From: an uncultured Methanomassiliicoccales archaeon
Lineage (GTDB): Archaea > Thermoplasmatota > Thermoplasmata > Methanomassiliicoccales > CAZOLG01
Assembly: GCA_964580935.1 (NCBI GenBank)
Contig: CAZOLG010000005.1
Coordinates: 10,988-74,987, forward strand
Reading direction: 5' to 3'
DNA: 64,000 nt
Shown: positions 38,140-47,963 of the stretch, in pieces
Layout of the letters: the number at the start of each line of letters is the position of its first letter
How positions within the stretch are numbered: the first letter of the stretch is position 1
Translations under genes and position numbers: made by a program
The notes under the pieces: generated by a model
Database searches by the model: none
Told to the model about the DNA's origin: nothing
Seen by the model: only the letters and a program-made list of their open reading frames with translations

Positions 38140-38943
38140 CTATTCAGAAAGCCTTGTCTCCAGAGTCTCCTTGACGGTTCTCACTGCTTCCACCACATCT
38201 TCGATACCGTCCACGTCCATCGGGGAGCGACCTGCCAGGTCAGCTTCCATCATCTTCTGATTGAACGGTATGGTGGATATCAGCTCTATGCCCAGCTCGT
38301 CCAGTCTCTCTTTTATCACCCTTTCATCCTCTTCAGAAAAGGCCTTGTTCAGGACGGCCACCACCCTGGGTATCCCGATGTCTGTGGCCAACTTCTTGAT
38401 CTTGGAGGCGGTCTCTACGGACCTCATTCCCGGTTCAACCACGATGATCATGACGTCCATGTTTTTTGAAGAAGCTCTCCCCAGATGCTCCAGGCCGGCC
38501 TCCATATCCATGATCAGGTACTGGTCCTCCTCCAGAACAAGGTATTTTAGCAGGTTCTTCAGCAGGGCGCTTTCAGGACAGAAACATCCTCCTCCACCGG
38601 ACCTGATAGTCCCCAGAATGAGAAGCCTCACGTTGTCCTTGGCCCCCACCGCGTACCTCTCCGCCAGATCGTCCACCTTGGGGTTCAACTTGAACATCCC
38701 GCCGTAACCGGATCCGGGCCTGGAACCGGTCCGCTCCTCGATCAGGTCCAGCATCTGCGAGAGGGGTACCACTCCCTCCAGCTCTTCCTCGGGAACGCCC
38801 ACGACACTGGCCAGATTTGAAGCGGGATCAGCGTCCAGAACCAGGGTGTCTTTGCCCTCCCTCCCGAACAGTCTGGAGAGGATTCCTCCCAATGTGGTCT
38901 TTCCTACCCCGCCTTTACCTGATATGGCGATTTTCAATGCCAT
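38140..38943 (-). CDS. cooC: CooC/AcsF-family Ni-insertion ATPase (copy 2)
   Basis: 267 aa with GKGGVGKTT and the CxC motif (GGGCFCPES). It abuts cooT with no spacer. Confidence 0.9.
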   Translation of the reverse strand: MALKIAISGKGGVGKTTLGGILSRLFGREGKDTLVLDADPASNLASVVGVPEEELEGVVPLSQMLDLIEERTGSRPGSGYGGMFKLNPKVDDLAERYAVGAKDNVRLLILGTIRSGGGGCFCPESALLKNLLKYLVLEEDQYLIMDMEAGLEHLGRASSKNMDVMIIVVEPGMRSVETASKIKKLATDIGIPRVVAVLNKAFSEEDERVIKERLDELGIELISTIPFNQKMMEADLAGRSPMDVDGIEDVVEAVRTVKETLETRLSE

Positions 38944-39135
38944 TCAGACCCTCTTGAACACCACGCCATGACCGACCAGATTGGCTTCCTTCAGCTCCAC
39001 GTCTTCTAAGACCTTCTTGTCCCCAAGAATGTCCATACAGATCGCCTTGTTACCCTCCATAGTGATCTTGGTAACATCGGCCATGATCTCTTTTGCCTCG
39101 CCATCCTCAAACAAAAACACAGAAGATTCGCACAT
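38944..39135 (-). CDS. cooT: CooT-family small nickel-binding protein
   Basis: About 63 aa when started at ATG 39135, giving the N-terminus MCESSVFLF. Met-Cys2 is the CooT Ni ligand position. The size and beta-rich pattern fit CooT, and the gene sits directly upstream of cooC. Confidence 0.62.
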   Translation of the reverse strand: MCESSVFLFEDGEAKEIMADVTKITMEGNKAICMDILGDKKVLEDVELKEANLVGHGVVFKRV

Positions 39136-39353
39136 GGTTGTGAACACTCGATGCTTACCTATTTAACGCCTTTCATTAGCCTTCGATAGGAAGGTGGTTG
39201 ACAGTCGAAGTAAGTGAAGAATAGGACACCAATAGAACGATCTGGGATACTTCGGTCAAATCTTGAAATAACAATAGTGAATGGGAAAATGTTATGAATT
39301 GACATGAAATAGTATGATGGAAATCTGAACTATTTCCTTAGATTAGGGTTCTG

Positions 39354-41132
39354 ATGGTGACCAGTCAAATGCAGATTCTCTTGGTGGATGATGAAAAGAG
39401 CTTCTTAGAACTGACCAAGACCTTTATGGAAGAGGAATACCCTCACTTTGAGATAGTCACCACTACCTCGGCCGAAGAAGGCCTGAATATTATCGAAGAT
39501 GCCGATGTTGATGTCATCGTTTCCGATTATCAGATGCCAGGGATAGACGGTATTGAGTTCTTGAGGGTGCTCAGAGAGGATAGAGGAAGCGACCTACCCT
39601 TCATGATCTTTACCGGTAAGGGTAGAGAAGACGTAGCCATGGAGGGCCTTAATTTAGGGGCCGATCGATACTTACAGAAGGGCGGTGATCCGAAATCTCA
39701 GTACGGTGTATTGGGGCAGGCGATAGTCCAGGTGATAGAACATCACCGGATCAAGAAGGAACTGGACCTCACCAGCTTCTCCCTGCAAAACGCCAGTACG
39801 GGGGCCCTCTGGGTTTCTCCCGAGGGGGAGATCATTTACGCGAACAAAGAGGTCTGTCAGAATCTAGGATATGATCACGATGAGCTCATAGGTATGACTG
39901 TTTCAGATATCAACCCCGAATATTCAAATGAGAGGCCAGAGGTCTGGAAGGAGATCAAGAGGAAGGGGAGCACGAATTTTGAGACTTTTCATCGGACCAA
40001 GAACGGTGAGATATATCCTGTAGAAGTCACAAGCCATTATCTAAAGAAGGGTGGAGAAGAATACGAATTCGCATTCGTTCGCGACCTCACGGAATGGAAA
40101 GACAGGATCAAGGAAGTCCGAGAAATTGAGAGTAAACTGGATGGTTTTTTGGAGGCGTGTCCGGATCTGGCCTTTCTGACCGATGTTGACGGCACTATTG
40201 CTGAGGTGAATGAGGCAGTCTGTCAAAGACTGGGGTTGGAGAGGGGGGACCTGATCGGAAAATCCTATGTGGAACTGAGGAGTCTGTTTTCAGGAGAAAG
40301 CTGGAGAAAAATCATCGAGAATACGGAAAGAATGCTGGAGGGGGGGAGCTGCCAACCATTCAGGATTGATGTCAAATCTAAGGACGGAGAGACCCTTTTC
40401 TTGGAGTTGAATTCTAAACTGATCGAAAAGAACGGGGAACCGATTGGACTGGTGGGAATCGGTAGAGATATCACTGAGCGCAAGGAGGTAATGGATAAAG
40501 AGGAATTTCTACATTCACTGCTCAGACACGATCTTCGAAATAAGATCTTGATCTCAGAGGGTTATGGGGAGTTGTTGCTGCAGGCAGATCTCAAGGACAG
40601 GCATATAGAGCTCCTGGAGAAAAGTATGAAGGCTCAGAGAGATGGGATGGAGCTGATTGAAAAGGTAAAGATTCTAAGGCAGGTGGAAACAGAACGGAGG
40701 TCGAGAGAGGTGAACATCAGAACGGTGCTTAGAGAGGTTTTTGATGAGCATAAAGACCAACTGGGTTCTAGCCAGATAGGGTGTGAACTTGAGACCGTTG
40801 ATGCAATGATTGAAGGAGGGGTGCTTGTCAAAGAACTGTTTTCAAACATAGTCAATAACTGCGTAAGACACTCCGAAGGGAGCAAGATAAGAATTCAGGT
40901 GGCAAAGAACGATGAGTGGGTAACCTGCAGTATAGAAGATGACGGCATAGGAATTTCTGATGAGGATAAGGAAAAGATCTTTGAGAGAGGATTCAAGAAA
41001 GGGAGGAGTGGAGGACTGGGGTTGGGCATGTATCTGGTCAGAGAAATCGCAGGAGCTTACGGAGGGTCTGTCGAGGTCAAAGACTCTAACCTAGGTGGGG
41101 CGAGGTTTGATGTTCGATTGAAAAGAGCCTGA
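39354..41132 (+). CDS. Hybrid sensor kinase: receiver domain, two PAS domains and a histidine kinase
   Basis: 592 aa. The receiver has ILLVDDE...SDYQMPGIDG. There are two PAS domains. The H-box is LRHDLRNK and the HATPase domain has DDGIGISD...GLGLGMYL. Confidence 0.85.
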   Translation: MVTSQMQILLVDDEKSFLELTKTFMEEEYPHFEIVTTTSAEEGLNIIEDADVDVIVSDYQMPGIDGIEFLRVLREDRGSDLPFMIFTGKGREDVAMEGLNLGADRYLQKGGDPKSQYGVLGQAIVQVIEHHRIKKELDLTSFSLQNASTGALWVSPEGEIIYANKEVCQNLGYDHDELIGMTVSDINPEYSNERPEVWKEIKRKGSTNFETFHRTKNGEIYPVEVTSHYLKKGGEEYEFAFVRDLTEWKDRIKEVREIESKLDGFLEACPDLAFLTDVDGTIAEVNEAVCQRLGLERGDLIGKSYVELRSLFSGESWRKIIENTERMLEGGSCQPFRIDVKSKDGETLFLELNSKLIEKNGEPIGLVGIGRDITERKEVMDKEEFLHSLLRHDLRNKILISEGYGELLLQADLKDRHIELLEKSMKAQRDGMELIEKVKILRQVETERRSREVNIRTVLREVFDEHKDQLGSSQIGCELETVDAMIEGGVLVKELFSNIVNNCVRHSEGSKIRIQVAKNDEWVTCSIEDDGIGISDEDKEKIFERGFKKGRSGGLGLGMYLVREIAGAYGGSVEVKDSNLGGARFDVRLKRA

Positions 41133-41195
41133 GTATCACATCATAGAGGTATTCCCTTGGCGTCATGATTGGTCGATCATGGTCCTGAAAAACCC

Positions 41196-41405
41196 CTAGT
41201 TCTCCATCCGGTAATCAGGCTCTTCAAGGTAATATTCTGGGACAAAACATCCAGATTTCCCGATATCATGGGGAAGAATCACTCCCATCAGCTTGAAACT
41301 GTCTTACCAATCGATTTGATATGCTTGATATTGTTCTGTGTGTTTGAACATTTCTGGTGCATGCGGGGCAGAATAAGCATAGAGGTAAAGATGTGGTTCA
41401 ATAAT
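41196..41405 (-). pseudogene. Possible relic of an HD-domain gene
   Basis: Hand translation of the - strand gives ...HAPEMFKHTEQYQAYQIDW*DSFKLMGVILPHDIGKSG...MEN*. There is an in-frame TAA at 41304-41306, no plausible start codon, and only ~65 codons. The HDIGK motif is suggestive only. Confidence 0.25.
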
Positions 41406-41416
41406 CTATGGAGACC

Positions 41417-41872
41417 TCACTCAGTCTCATTCACATCCGACCCTTCCTCTCTCCCCGCCTCATCCGTCTCTCCTTCGTAGCCGTCGCCGTAGAATACATA
41501 TCGGGCGGGGATCCGCTTCCTCATACCCGTCCAGTAGGGGCACTTGCTGCACTTGTAGCCCAGTGTGACCCTTCCCCCGAATATGGTCTCATTGCGGATC
41601 CTCAACATCTTCGAGGAGCACACAGGACATTCCCCGTACCTACTCCTCTGCTGCCCCTCCCTGCAGTGAATTGTGACCGAGGCTATCCCCCGGTCGATGG
41701 TCACCGACCTCACCCTCTCCTCACTGGCGGTGTATTCCTCATCATGTTCCCGCAGCCCGGATACCACATACTCAGTAAGCCTCCTCTGTGTAGATATCAT
41801 AGGGTGCTCTCTCATCACTTCCCTGATCACCTCTTCTAGCAGATCCGTGGGAGGGATCCGATAACTCATCAA
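41417..41872 (-). CDS. Hypothetical Zn-ribbon protein with an acidic C-terminal tail
   Basis: 151 aa with CPVC...CSKC Cys pairs. I recognise no family. Confidence 0.5.
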   Translation of the reverse strand: MMSYRIPPTDLLEEVIREVMREHPMISTQRRLTEYVVSGLREHDEEYTASEERVRSVTIDRGIASVTIHCREGQQRSRYGECPVCSSKMLRIRNETIFGGRVTLGYKCSKCPYWTGMRKRIPARYVFYGDGYEGETDEAGREEGSDVNETE

Positions 41873-41976
41873 AGATAAATAGTGCTATAGGTAAACATAT
41901 TTTCGCGTTGAACGGGTGGTATCAAAGGAACAATAAATGAAAAATAGACCACCCGCATTCTTCAATTGGTGAGATA

Positions 41977-43302
41977 TTGGAGAGAAAGAGAGTCATCATA
42001 ATGGGAGCGGCGGGTAGGGATTTTCATAATTTCAATACCTATTTCCGTGATAACCCTCTGTATAATGTCATTGCTTTTACTGCTACCCAGATACCGAATA
42101 TTGAAGGGAGAGAGTACCCCTCCAAACTGGCAGGATATCTGTATCCTAGCGGCATCCCCATCTTTCCAGAGGAGAGACTGCCCGAACTGATCAGGGAGTA
42201 CGAGGTCGATCAGGTGGTCTTCGCCTACAGTGATGTGCCGTACATGGAAGTGATGCATAAGGCCTCTATGATACTCAAGAACAAGGCGGACTTCCGGCTG
42301 ATGGGAAACTCGAGGACCGTTCTGAAGAGTGACGAGCCAGTGATCAGCGTGGGGGCGGTCAGGACAGGCTCTGGGAAGAGCCAGACCACCAGAAAGATCT
42401 GTTCGATACTGAGAGATAAAGGGCTAGACGTGGTAGCCGTCCGCCATCCCATGCCCTACGGCGATCTGGTAAAACAGGCAGTTCAGCGGTTCGCCAGTTA
42501 CGATGACCTGGACAGTCAGGACTGCACCATTGAGGAGAGAGAAGAGTATGAACCGCTCATCGATATGGGGATAGTGGTATACGCGGGCGTCGACTACGAG
42601 AAGATCTTGAGGGAGGCGGAGGAGGAGGCGGACATCATCGTGTGGGATGGTGGGAACAACGACACCCCTTTCTACGAATCGGACCTGCATATCGTGGTGG
42701 TCGATCCCCACAGACCGGGGCATGAGGTGAGTTACCACCCTGGAGAAGTCAATCTCAGGATGGCCGATGTGGTATTGATCAACAAGATACAGACGGCCAA
42801 CAGGAAGGGTATCCTTACAGTCAAGGAGAACATAGTAAAGGTCAATCCCTCGGCCACTGTTATCGAAGCGGCGTCGACCATTTGCGTGGATGATAAAGAT
42901 ATGATCAGGGACAAGCGAGCCCTGGTGGTGGAAGACGGTCCCACGGTCACCCACGGTGGTATGGAGTACGGGGCCGGACTGATAGCCGCTGAGGACTACC
43001 GCGCTTCCGAGATCATAGATCCCCGACCGTTTGCCAAGGGCACGATCGCCAATACTTTTCAGGAATACCCTCACCTGAAGAGGGTGCTTCCCGCCATGGG
43101 GTACGGGGAGAAACAGAGAAGGGAGTTGGAGGAGACAGTGGAAGAGGCAGATGCCGATGTTGTGGTCTCGGGAACCCCTGTGGACCTGCGCAGGGTGATC
43201 GATGTCTCCAAGCCGATAGTCAGAGTTAGGTATGAACTGGAAGAGATCAGTCATCCTAACCTCGAAGAGCTGGTTACCGAGTTCTTAGATCAGAAGTTAT
43301 GA
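41977..43302 (+). CDS. COG2403-type P-loop NTPase (family annotated as predicted GTPase / cyclic 2,3-diphosphoglycerate synthetase-like)
   Basis: 441 aa. The N-terminus is VIIMGAAGRDFHNFN and the P-loop is GAVRTGSGKSQT. The family assignment is from memory and the function is not inferable. Confidence 0.6.
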   Translation: MERKRVIIMGAAGRDFHNFNTYFRDNPLYNVIAFTATQIPNIEGREYPSKLAGYLYPSGIPIFPEERLPELIREYEVDQVVFAYSDVPYMEVMHKASMILKNKADFRLMGNSRTVLKSDEPVISVGAVRTGSGKSQTTRKICSILRDKGLDVVAVRHPMPYGDLVKQAVQRFASYDDLDSQDCTIEEREEYEPLIDMGIVVYAGVDYEKILREAEEEADIIVWDGGNNDTPFYESDLHIVVVDPHRPGHEVSYHPGEVNLRMADVVLINKIQTANRKGILTVKENIVKVNPSATVIEAASTICVDDKDMIRDKRALVVEDGPTVTHGGMEYGAGLIAAEDYRASEIIDPRPFAKGTIANTFQEYPHLKRVLPAMGYGEKQRRELEETVEEADADVVVSGTPVDLRRVIDVSKPIVRVRYELEEISHPNLEELVTEFLDQKL

Positions 43303-43398
43303 TGGAGGGCTTTCCCTCCCTCATTTCACTTCCCATCTTGACATACTTCAGATGTTCCAAAGGATGAAATATGCCCCCAATCATCAATAGCAGGTCAG

Positions 43399-43504
43399 GC
43401 GGGGGTAGCCAAGCTTGGCCAAAGGCGCAGGACTTAAGTTCCCTGCCCGCGGATGAGATATCCTGTCACATAGGAGTCCGAGGGTTCAAATCCCTCCCCC
43501 CGCA
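43399..43504 (+). tRNA. tRNA-Leu(UAA) with a 21-nt canonical (37/38) intron at 43439-43459
   Basis: The acceptor stem is GCGGGGG/CCCCCGC with discriminator A. The T arm is GAGGG-TTCAAAT-CCCTC. It has a long D loop and a 14-nt variable region (class II). The anticodon stem is CAGGA/TCCTG and the anticodon TAA lies at 43435-43437. The intron forms a bulge-helix-bulge: central helix CUUA:UGAG with 3-nt bulges AG^U and AU^A. No CCA is encoded. Confidence 0.85.
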
Positions 43505-43558
43505 CTTTGCCTCTGGTTCAAAGCCTTTATTAATATAAATTCCTAAGGATTGGATAGT

Positions 43559-44113
43559 ATGATTGAGATAGAGAAGGCAGAAGAGATGGTCAGAGAGAGG
43601 GTGGATACCGAAAATTTAAGGAAACACATGTACGCGGTCTCCGCGATTATGAGGAAGCTGGCTGAAAGGCTTGGTGAGGACCCCAAGCTCTGGGAAGTCG
43701 TGGGCTTGCTGCACGATATCGACTACGAGGAGACCAAAGACAAGCCGGAGGAACACGCCAAGAGATCCGCAGAGATTTTGGGACATAGACTACCCGAGGA
43801 GGCTTTAAAAGCGATAAGAGCCCACAACTTCGAATATCTCAATGTGGGGCCTGAAAGCGACTTCGACAACGCCTTGATCGCAGCAGACGCGATTTCAGGC
43901 CTAATAGTGGCTACAGCCCTGGTTATGCCCAACAGCAGACTGGATGAGGCGAGGGTGGAATCTGTGCTCAAGAAGTTTAGCGACTCGTCCTTTGCAAAGA
44001 ATATCGACAGGGACAGAATCCTGTACTGCGAGAAGTTGGGTCTGAGTAAGGAGGAATTCGCCGAAATTTCACTACGGGCCCTCCAGAGAATCCACGATAG
44101 GTTGGGTCTCTGA
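43559..44113 (+). CDS. HD-domain metal-dependent phosphohydrolase
   Basis: About 184 aa with H...LLHDIDYE motifs. ATG 43559 is preferred over the TTG at 43550. Confidence 0.7.
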   Translation: MIEIEKAEEMVRERVDTENLRKHMYAVSAIMRKLAERLGEDPKLWEVVGLLHDIDYEETKDKPEEHAKRSAEILGHRLPEEALKAIRAHNFEYLNVGPESDFDNALIAADAISGLIVATALVMPNSRLDEARVESVLKKFSDSSFAKNIDRDRILYCEKLGLSKEEFAEISLRALQRIHDRLGL

Positions 44114-44362
44114 TCTTCAACCTCGGGTTACCTCAATAGCATTGGGAAGGTTTCGGATTGAATGCTTTCACCACATCTTGAGTTTTTATCCAGCTCAAGG
44201 AGGTCTTTCTAGATGACGAATTCACTCACTCATACATATTTGCTGACCATTCCCCTGAGTCTCGAATGGCTCTCACTCGCTGGAGGAGTGAAGTTCTGTT
44301 GATCTCTCGTGATAAATCAATCGTCAAGTTATTAGTATGTTTGATAATCTAGGAATTGAACG

Positions 44363-47121
44363 TTGAAGTCGAATATGTCAAACATCTCCAAGGCCAATGT
44401 CCTATTCGTCGATGATGAACTAGATGTCCTGGAGTTGACCAAGATATTCCTCGAGAAGGAGGTCGAAGGCCTCAATATAGATACTGTGCATTCTGTTGAT
44501 CAGGGCCTTGAGAGACTATCCGAGGGCGACTACGACGCAATTGTGTCTGATTACCAGATGCCTGGTACGGATGGACTCCAGTTCCTGGAGTTAGTACGGG
44601 GTTCTGGCAAAGACGATTGTCCAGGAAATCAAGAGGAACAGGGTGGAGATGAAACTACAGGAAGAACAGTTGAGAAGAGAGGTTCTTCTCGACAATCTTC
44701 CACACATAGCGCTCATTCTAAAGAAAGGTTCCAGGGAAATCATATACTCCAACAAGGCAGCAAGAAGGGGGGGTGCCTCCCCTGGTAAGACATGTTATGA
44801 GACTCTACCGGTAAGAGGAGATCCGTGTCCCTTCTGTCTGGCCCCCGAGCTATGGGAGAGTGGAGAAAGCCGGGAAATAGAAGTGGAATATGAAGGTAGA
44901 CACTACAGGGGGATCTGGGTGCCCTTCTCTGAAGATCTGTATATCCATTACATCTTGGATATTACGGAGATGAAGGCTACCGAGGAAAGGCTGAGAGAAA
45001 GTGAAATGGAATTGAGGGCTATCTTCAATGATCCGGGCGTATTCATCGGAATCCTGGACCTGAATGGAACGCTGCTCGAAGCGAATAAGTCCTCACTGAG
45101 GTTTATCAGTGCTTCCAGATCAGAGGTGGAAGGAAACAAATTCTGGGATACACCATGGTGGACCCATTCCCCCGAGCTGCAGGATAGATTGAAGGAGGCG
45201 ATCGAGAAGGCCTCCGAGGGGGAGATCGTCAGGTTCGAGGCCACACATATCGGCAAAGATGGCGGGCAGATGGCCGTCGACTTCTCCGTGAGACCGGTCA
45301 GAGACGCGGAGGGCAGGGTCAAAGAACTCATCGCTGAGGGCAGGGATATCACTGAGCTGAAACGGACGGAAGAGGAGCTTCGGAGGTCTCAAGAGAGGTA
45401 CAAGGAGTTTGCCGACAAGTCCTCAGATATCATGGTGAGACTCAACCTAAGTGGAGATATTACGTACGTTAGTGGTGGTATAGAGGGCGAAGTTGGATAT
45501 TCCAGTGAGGAGGTACTGGGCAGAAATGTAGGGGAGTTTCTCACCCCCGAATCTTTGGACAAGATGAAGAAGAGGATCTAGAAGAGGAGAGATGGCGTTG
45601 AGGATATGTCCCCTTTCGAGGTGGAGGTCGTCACCGAATCAGGGAATAGGGTGCCCTTCGAACTCTCTACGGATCCGGTCTACGAAGACGGGGAGATCAA
45701 TGAAATACTGGCGGTGGCAAGGAATATTTCCGATTTGAAGGAGAGAGGAGAAATACAGAATCCAGTTCGAGGAGGCCAGAGACGCTATCTTCTTGGCTGA
45801 CGCCGATAGCGGTATCATCGTTGATTGTAACCGGGCTGCAGCGGATCTACTGAGGAGAGAGAGGTCCGAAATAATCGGGAAGCACCAGAGGTATTTACAT
45901 CCCGATGGAGGGAAGGGGGGTTTTCGGAGAGTTTCCGGGAACATCTGGAGAAAAAGTCGGGGGAGGTTCTAGAGTCTCAGGTGATAACCTCGGAGAGAGA
46001 GTTGAAAGATGTTTCCATCAAAGGGACCATTATCGAACTGGACGATGAGAAATTGCTCCATGGCGTATTCAGAGATATAACCGATCAGAAGGAAAGAGAG
46101 AGGGAACTCCGACGAGAGAGAAAGAGGTTCCAGGAGATCTTCAATAATGTGAACGATGCGATATACCTGCATAAATTGACGGATGAAGGTCAATGATGTG
46201 GCGTGCGAGATGTTGGGTTACTCGAGAGAAGAGTTCATGGAGATGTCGCCCGGAGATATAGATTCCTCGGAGATGAGAGACAAGGTCCCCGACATTATGA
46301 AGGAGCTCCACGAAGAAGGAGATCTCAGGTTCGAGATGGTCCACCGGACCAAAGATGGAAGGGATGTCCCAGTAGAGGTTCATTCTCACCTCTTTGAACT
46401 GGAAGAGGAAGAGAGGGTGCTGTCCGTGGCCCGGGATATAACTGAGAGAAAGAGAGCGGAAGAGCGGAAGGAGTTTCTCAATTCACTACTCAAACATGAT
46501 GCCAAGAATAAGGCGGCAGTTATCAGGGGATACCTCGATATTCTCAGAGATTACGAGATGTCTGATCGGGCCGAAGAGTATGTGGAGAAGATCAATGAGA
46601 ACCTCCTGGACGGGATCCAGATAATGGAGAGGATAGGAACCCTCCAGGAGATCGGGGAAGAGCCGATCCAGAATATCGATCTACGTGATATCATTGATGA
46701 CGTAGTCAAGGAAATCGAAGGCAGGGCCGAGCGGGAGGGCATGGAGATCGAAGTCATATGCCCCAAATCGATTTGCAGGGTGAGGGGCGGTCAACTGCTC
46801 AAAGAGTTGTTCACCAACTTGATCCTCAATTCCATCATTCACTCGGGAGGGAACAAACTAAGGATAGAGGGGAGGGAAGGACCGAACACGGTCACCTGCA
46901 CCGTCGAAGATGATGGCTCAGGCATCCCCGGAGAGGTCAAAGACGAGGTCTTTGAAAGGGGATTCAAGGGAGAGAGAAGTCCCGGATCAGGCCTGGGACT
47001 GTTCCTTGCCAAGACGATAGTCGAGTCGTACGGCGGTAGAATTGAGGTGGAGGGGTCAGGACTGGGCGGTGCGAAATTTTCAGTTCGACTTGAGAAAGCC
47101 CAGGAAGAGGTCGGTGATTAG
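44363..47121 (+). pseudogene. Disrupted hybrid sensor kinase (receiver, four or more PAS domains, histidine kinase)
   Basis: The domains are colinear across 5 track ORFs. The receiver is truncated by an out-of-frame deletion near 44606-44612, so the ...FTGKGRE...LQKG segment seen in the 39354 paralog is missing. An in-frame TAG at 45579-45581 lies inside a PAS domain. Frameshifts lie near 45741-45755, at the G6/T4 run 45915-45924, and near 46180-46190. The terminal kinase core is intact (KHDAKNK; DDGSGIP...GLGLFL). Confidence 0.8.
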
Positions 47122-47240
47122 ACCCTAGCAGATAATCAGACGGCAAACCGAGATATCACGCGCCATCAATTTTCAAAGTACATGCCTTGCGAGGTCTATC
47201 GGACATCTAATCCCGTAGTGCCCAAGATACATTCCCCCTC

Positions 47241-47831
47241 TCAGTGAATGATCTCCGCGTACTCCTCGAAAGGCATTATAGATATGTGGGGCATGAGGTC
47301 CTTGAACCCCTGCACTATCTCTTCGAGCTTGTGAAAATCCTCGTGAGACTTGCGGTCATTCCAGTAGGTGATCATCACATACTTCGTAGGCTTTATCGGC
47401 ACATTCTCGTATTCTCCCCTGAGCATGGAGCCACCCCAGGCGACATTGGTAGTCCTGACCACCTTGGTCCCCACGAAGCCCTCTTTGTCCATGGTCAGCT
47501 GGCACAGGTCCTCCATCATCTCTTCCACCTCCTCTTCATGTCCTGGCTTCACAGACAGATAATTGATAGCGGTGACCAGCGGTTTCCTGACGTATTCGTA
47601 ACCGTCAAGCGCGTGGACCGGTATTCTGGTGACATTGATACCTCTCTCTTTCAAGAAGGTCTCGGCCATCTTCGATCGCTTTTCCCGCGGACCACAGTAG
47701 ACCTTCACTTCCCTGTCTTCAAGGAAGTCTAGATAGAACTCCAGGTCCCATACTGGTATGTTCAACGAGCCTTCAATATGGTTCATATAATACTCTTCTC
47801 TAGTCTTGACATCCACGATCAATTCGGTCAT
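47241..47831 (-). CDS. Rhodanese-like domain fused to an ABM/Dabb-like domain
   Basis: The likely start is ATG 47831 (MTELIVDVKTREEY...). The active-site loop YCGPREKRS has CX5R spacing. The C-terminal ~95 aa resemble an antibiotic-biosynthesis-monooxygenase-type fold, which is a weak call. Confidence 0.62.
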   Translation of the reverse strand: MTELIVDVKTREEYYMNHIEGSLNIPVWDLEFYLDFLEDREVKVYCGPREKRSKMAETFLKERGINVTRIPVHALDGYEYVRKPLVTAINYLSVKPGHEEEVEEMMEDLCQLTMDKEGFVGTKVVRTTNVAWGGSMLRGEYENVPIKPTKYVMITYWNDRKSHEDFHKLEEIVQGFKDLMPHISIMPFEEYAEIIH

Positions 47832-47963
47832 TGTGTGTTCTATTAGATTATGGAATATAAGAAAATATTCCAACATTGAACTGACCGCTTCAAGATCTTG
47901 TGAGCCTATCGTAGTCAAAGGAAGCCTTACTAAGACTCTCCAATATCAACGGCAAGTCAATAA

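Noticed and set aside
43300-43560. The tRNA-Leu locus might be an integration hotspot or the edge of a mobile element.
   Set aside because: No integrase, transposase, direct repeat of the tRNA 3' end, or compositionally odd gene is visible on either side.
45579-45581. The in-frame TAG inside a PAS domain might be a pyrrolysine codon or programmed readthrough.
   Set aside because: TAG is used as an ordinary terminator by several intact genes in this window: the antiporter at 5652-5654, rad50 at 9267-9269, the kinase at 14753-14755, and the OB-HD gene at 17178-17180. No pyl genes are visible. The same gene also carries a deletion and several frameshifts, so a simple nonsense mutation is the better explanation.
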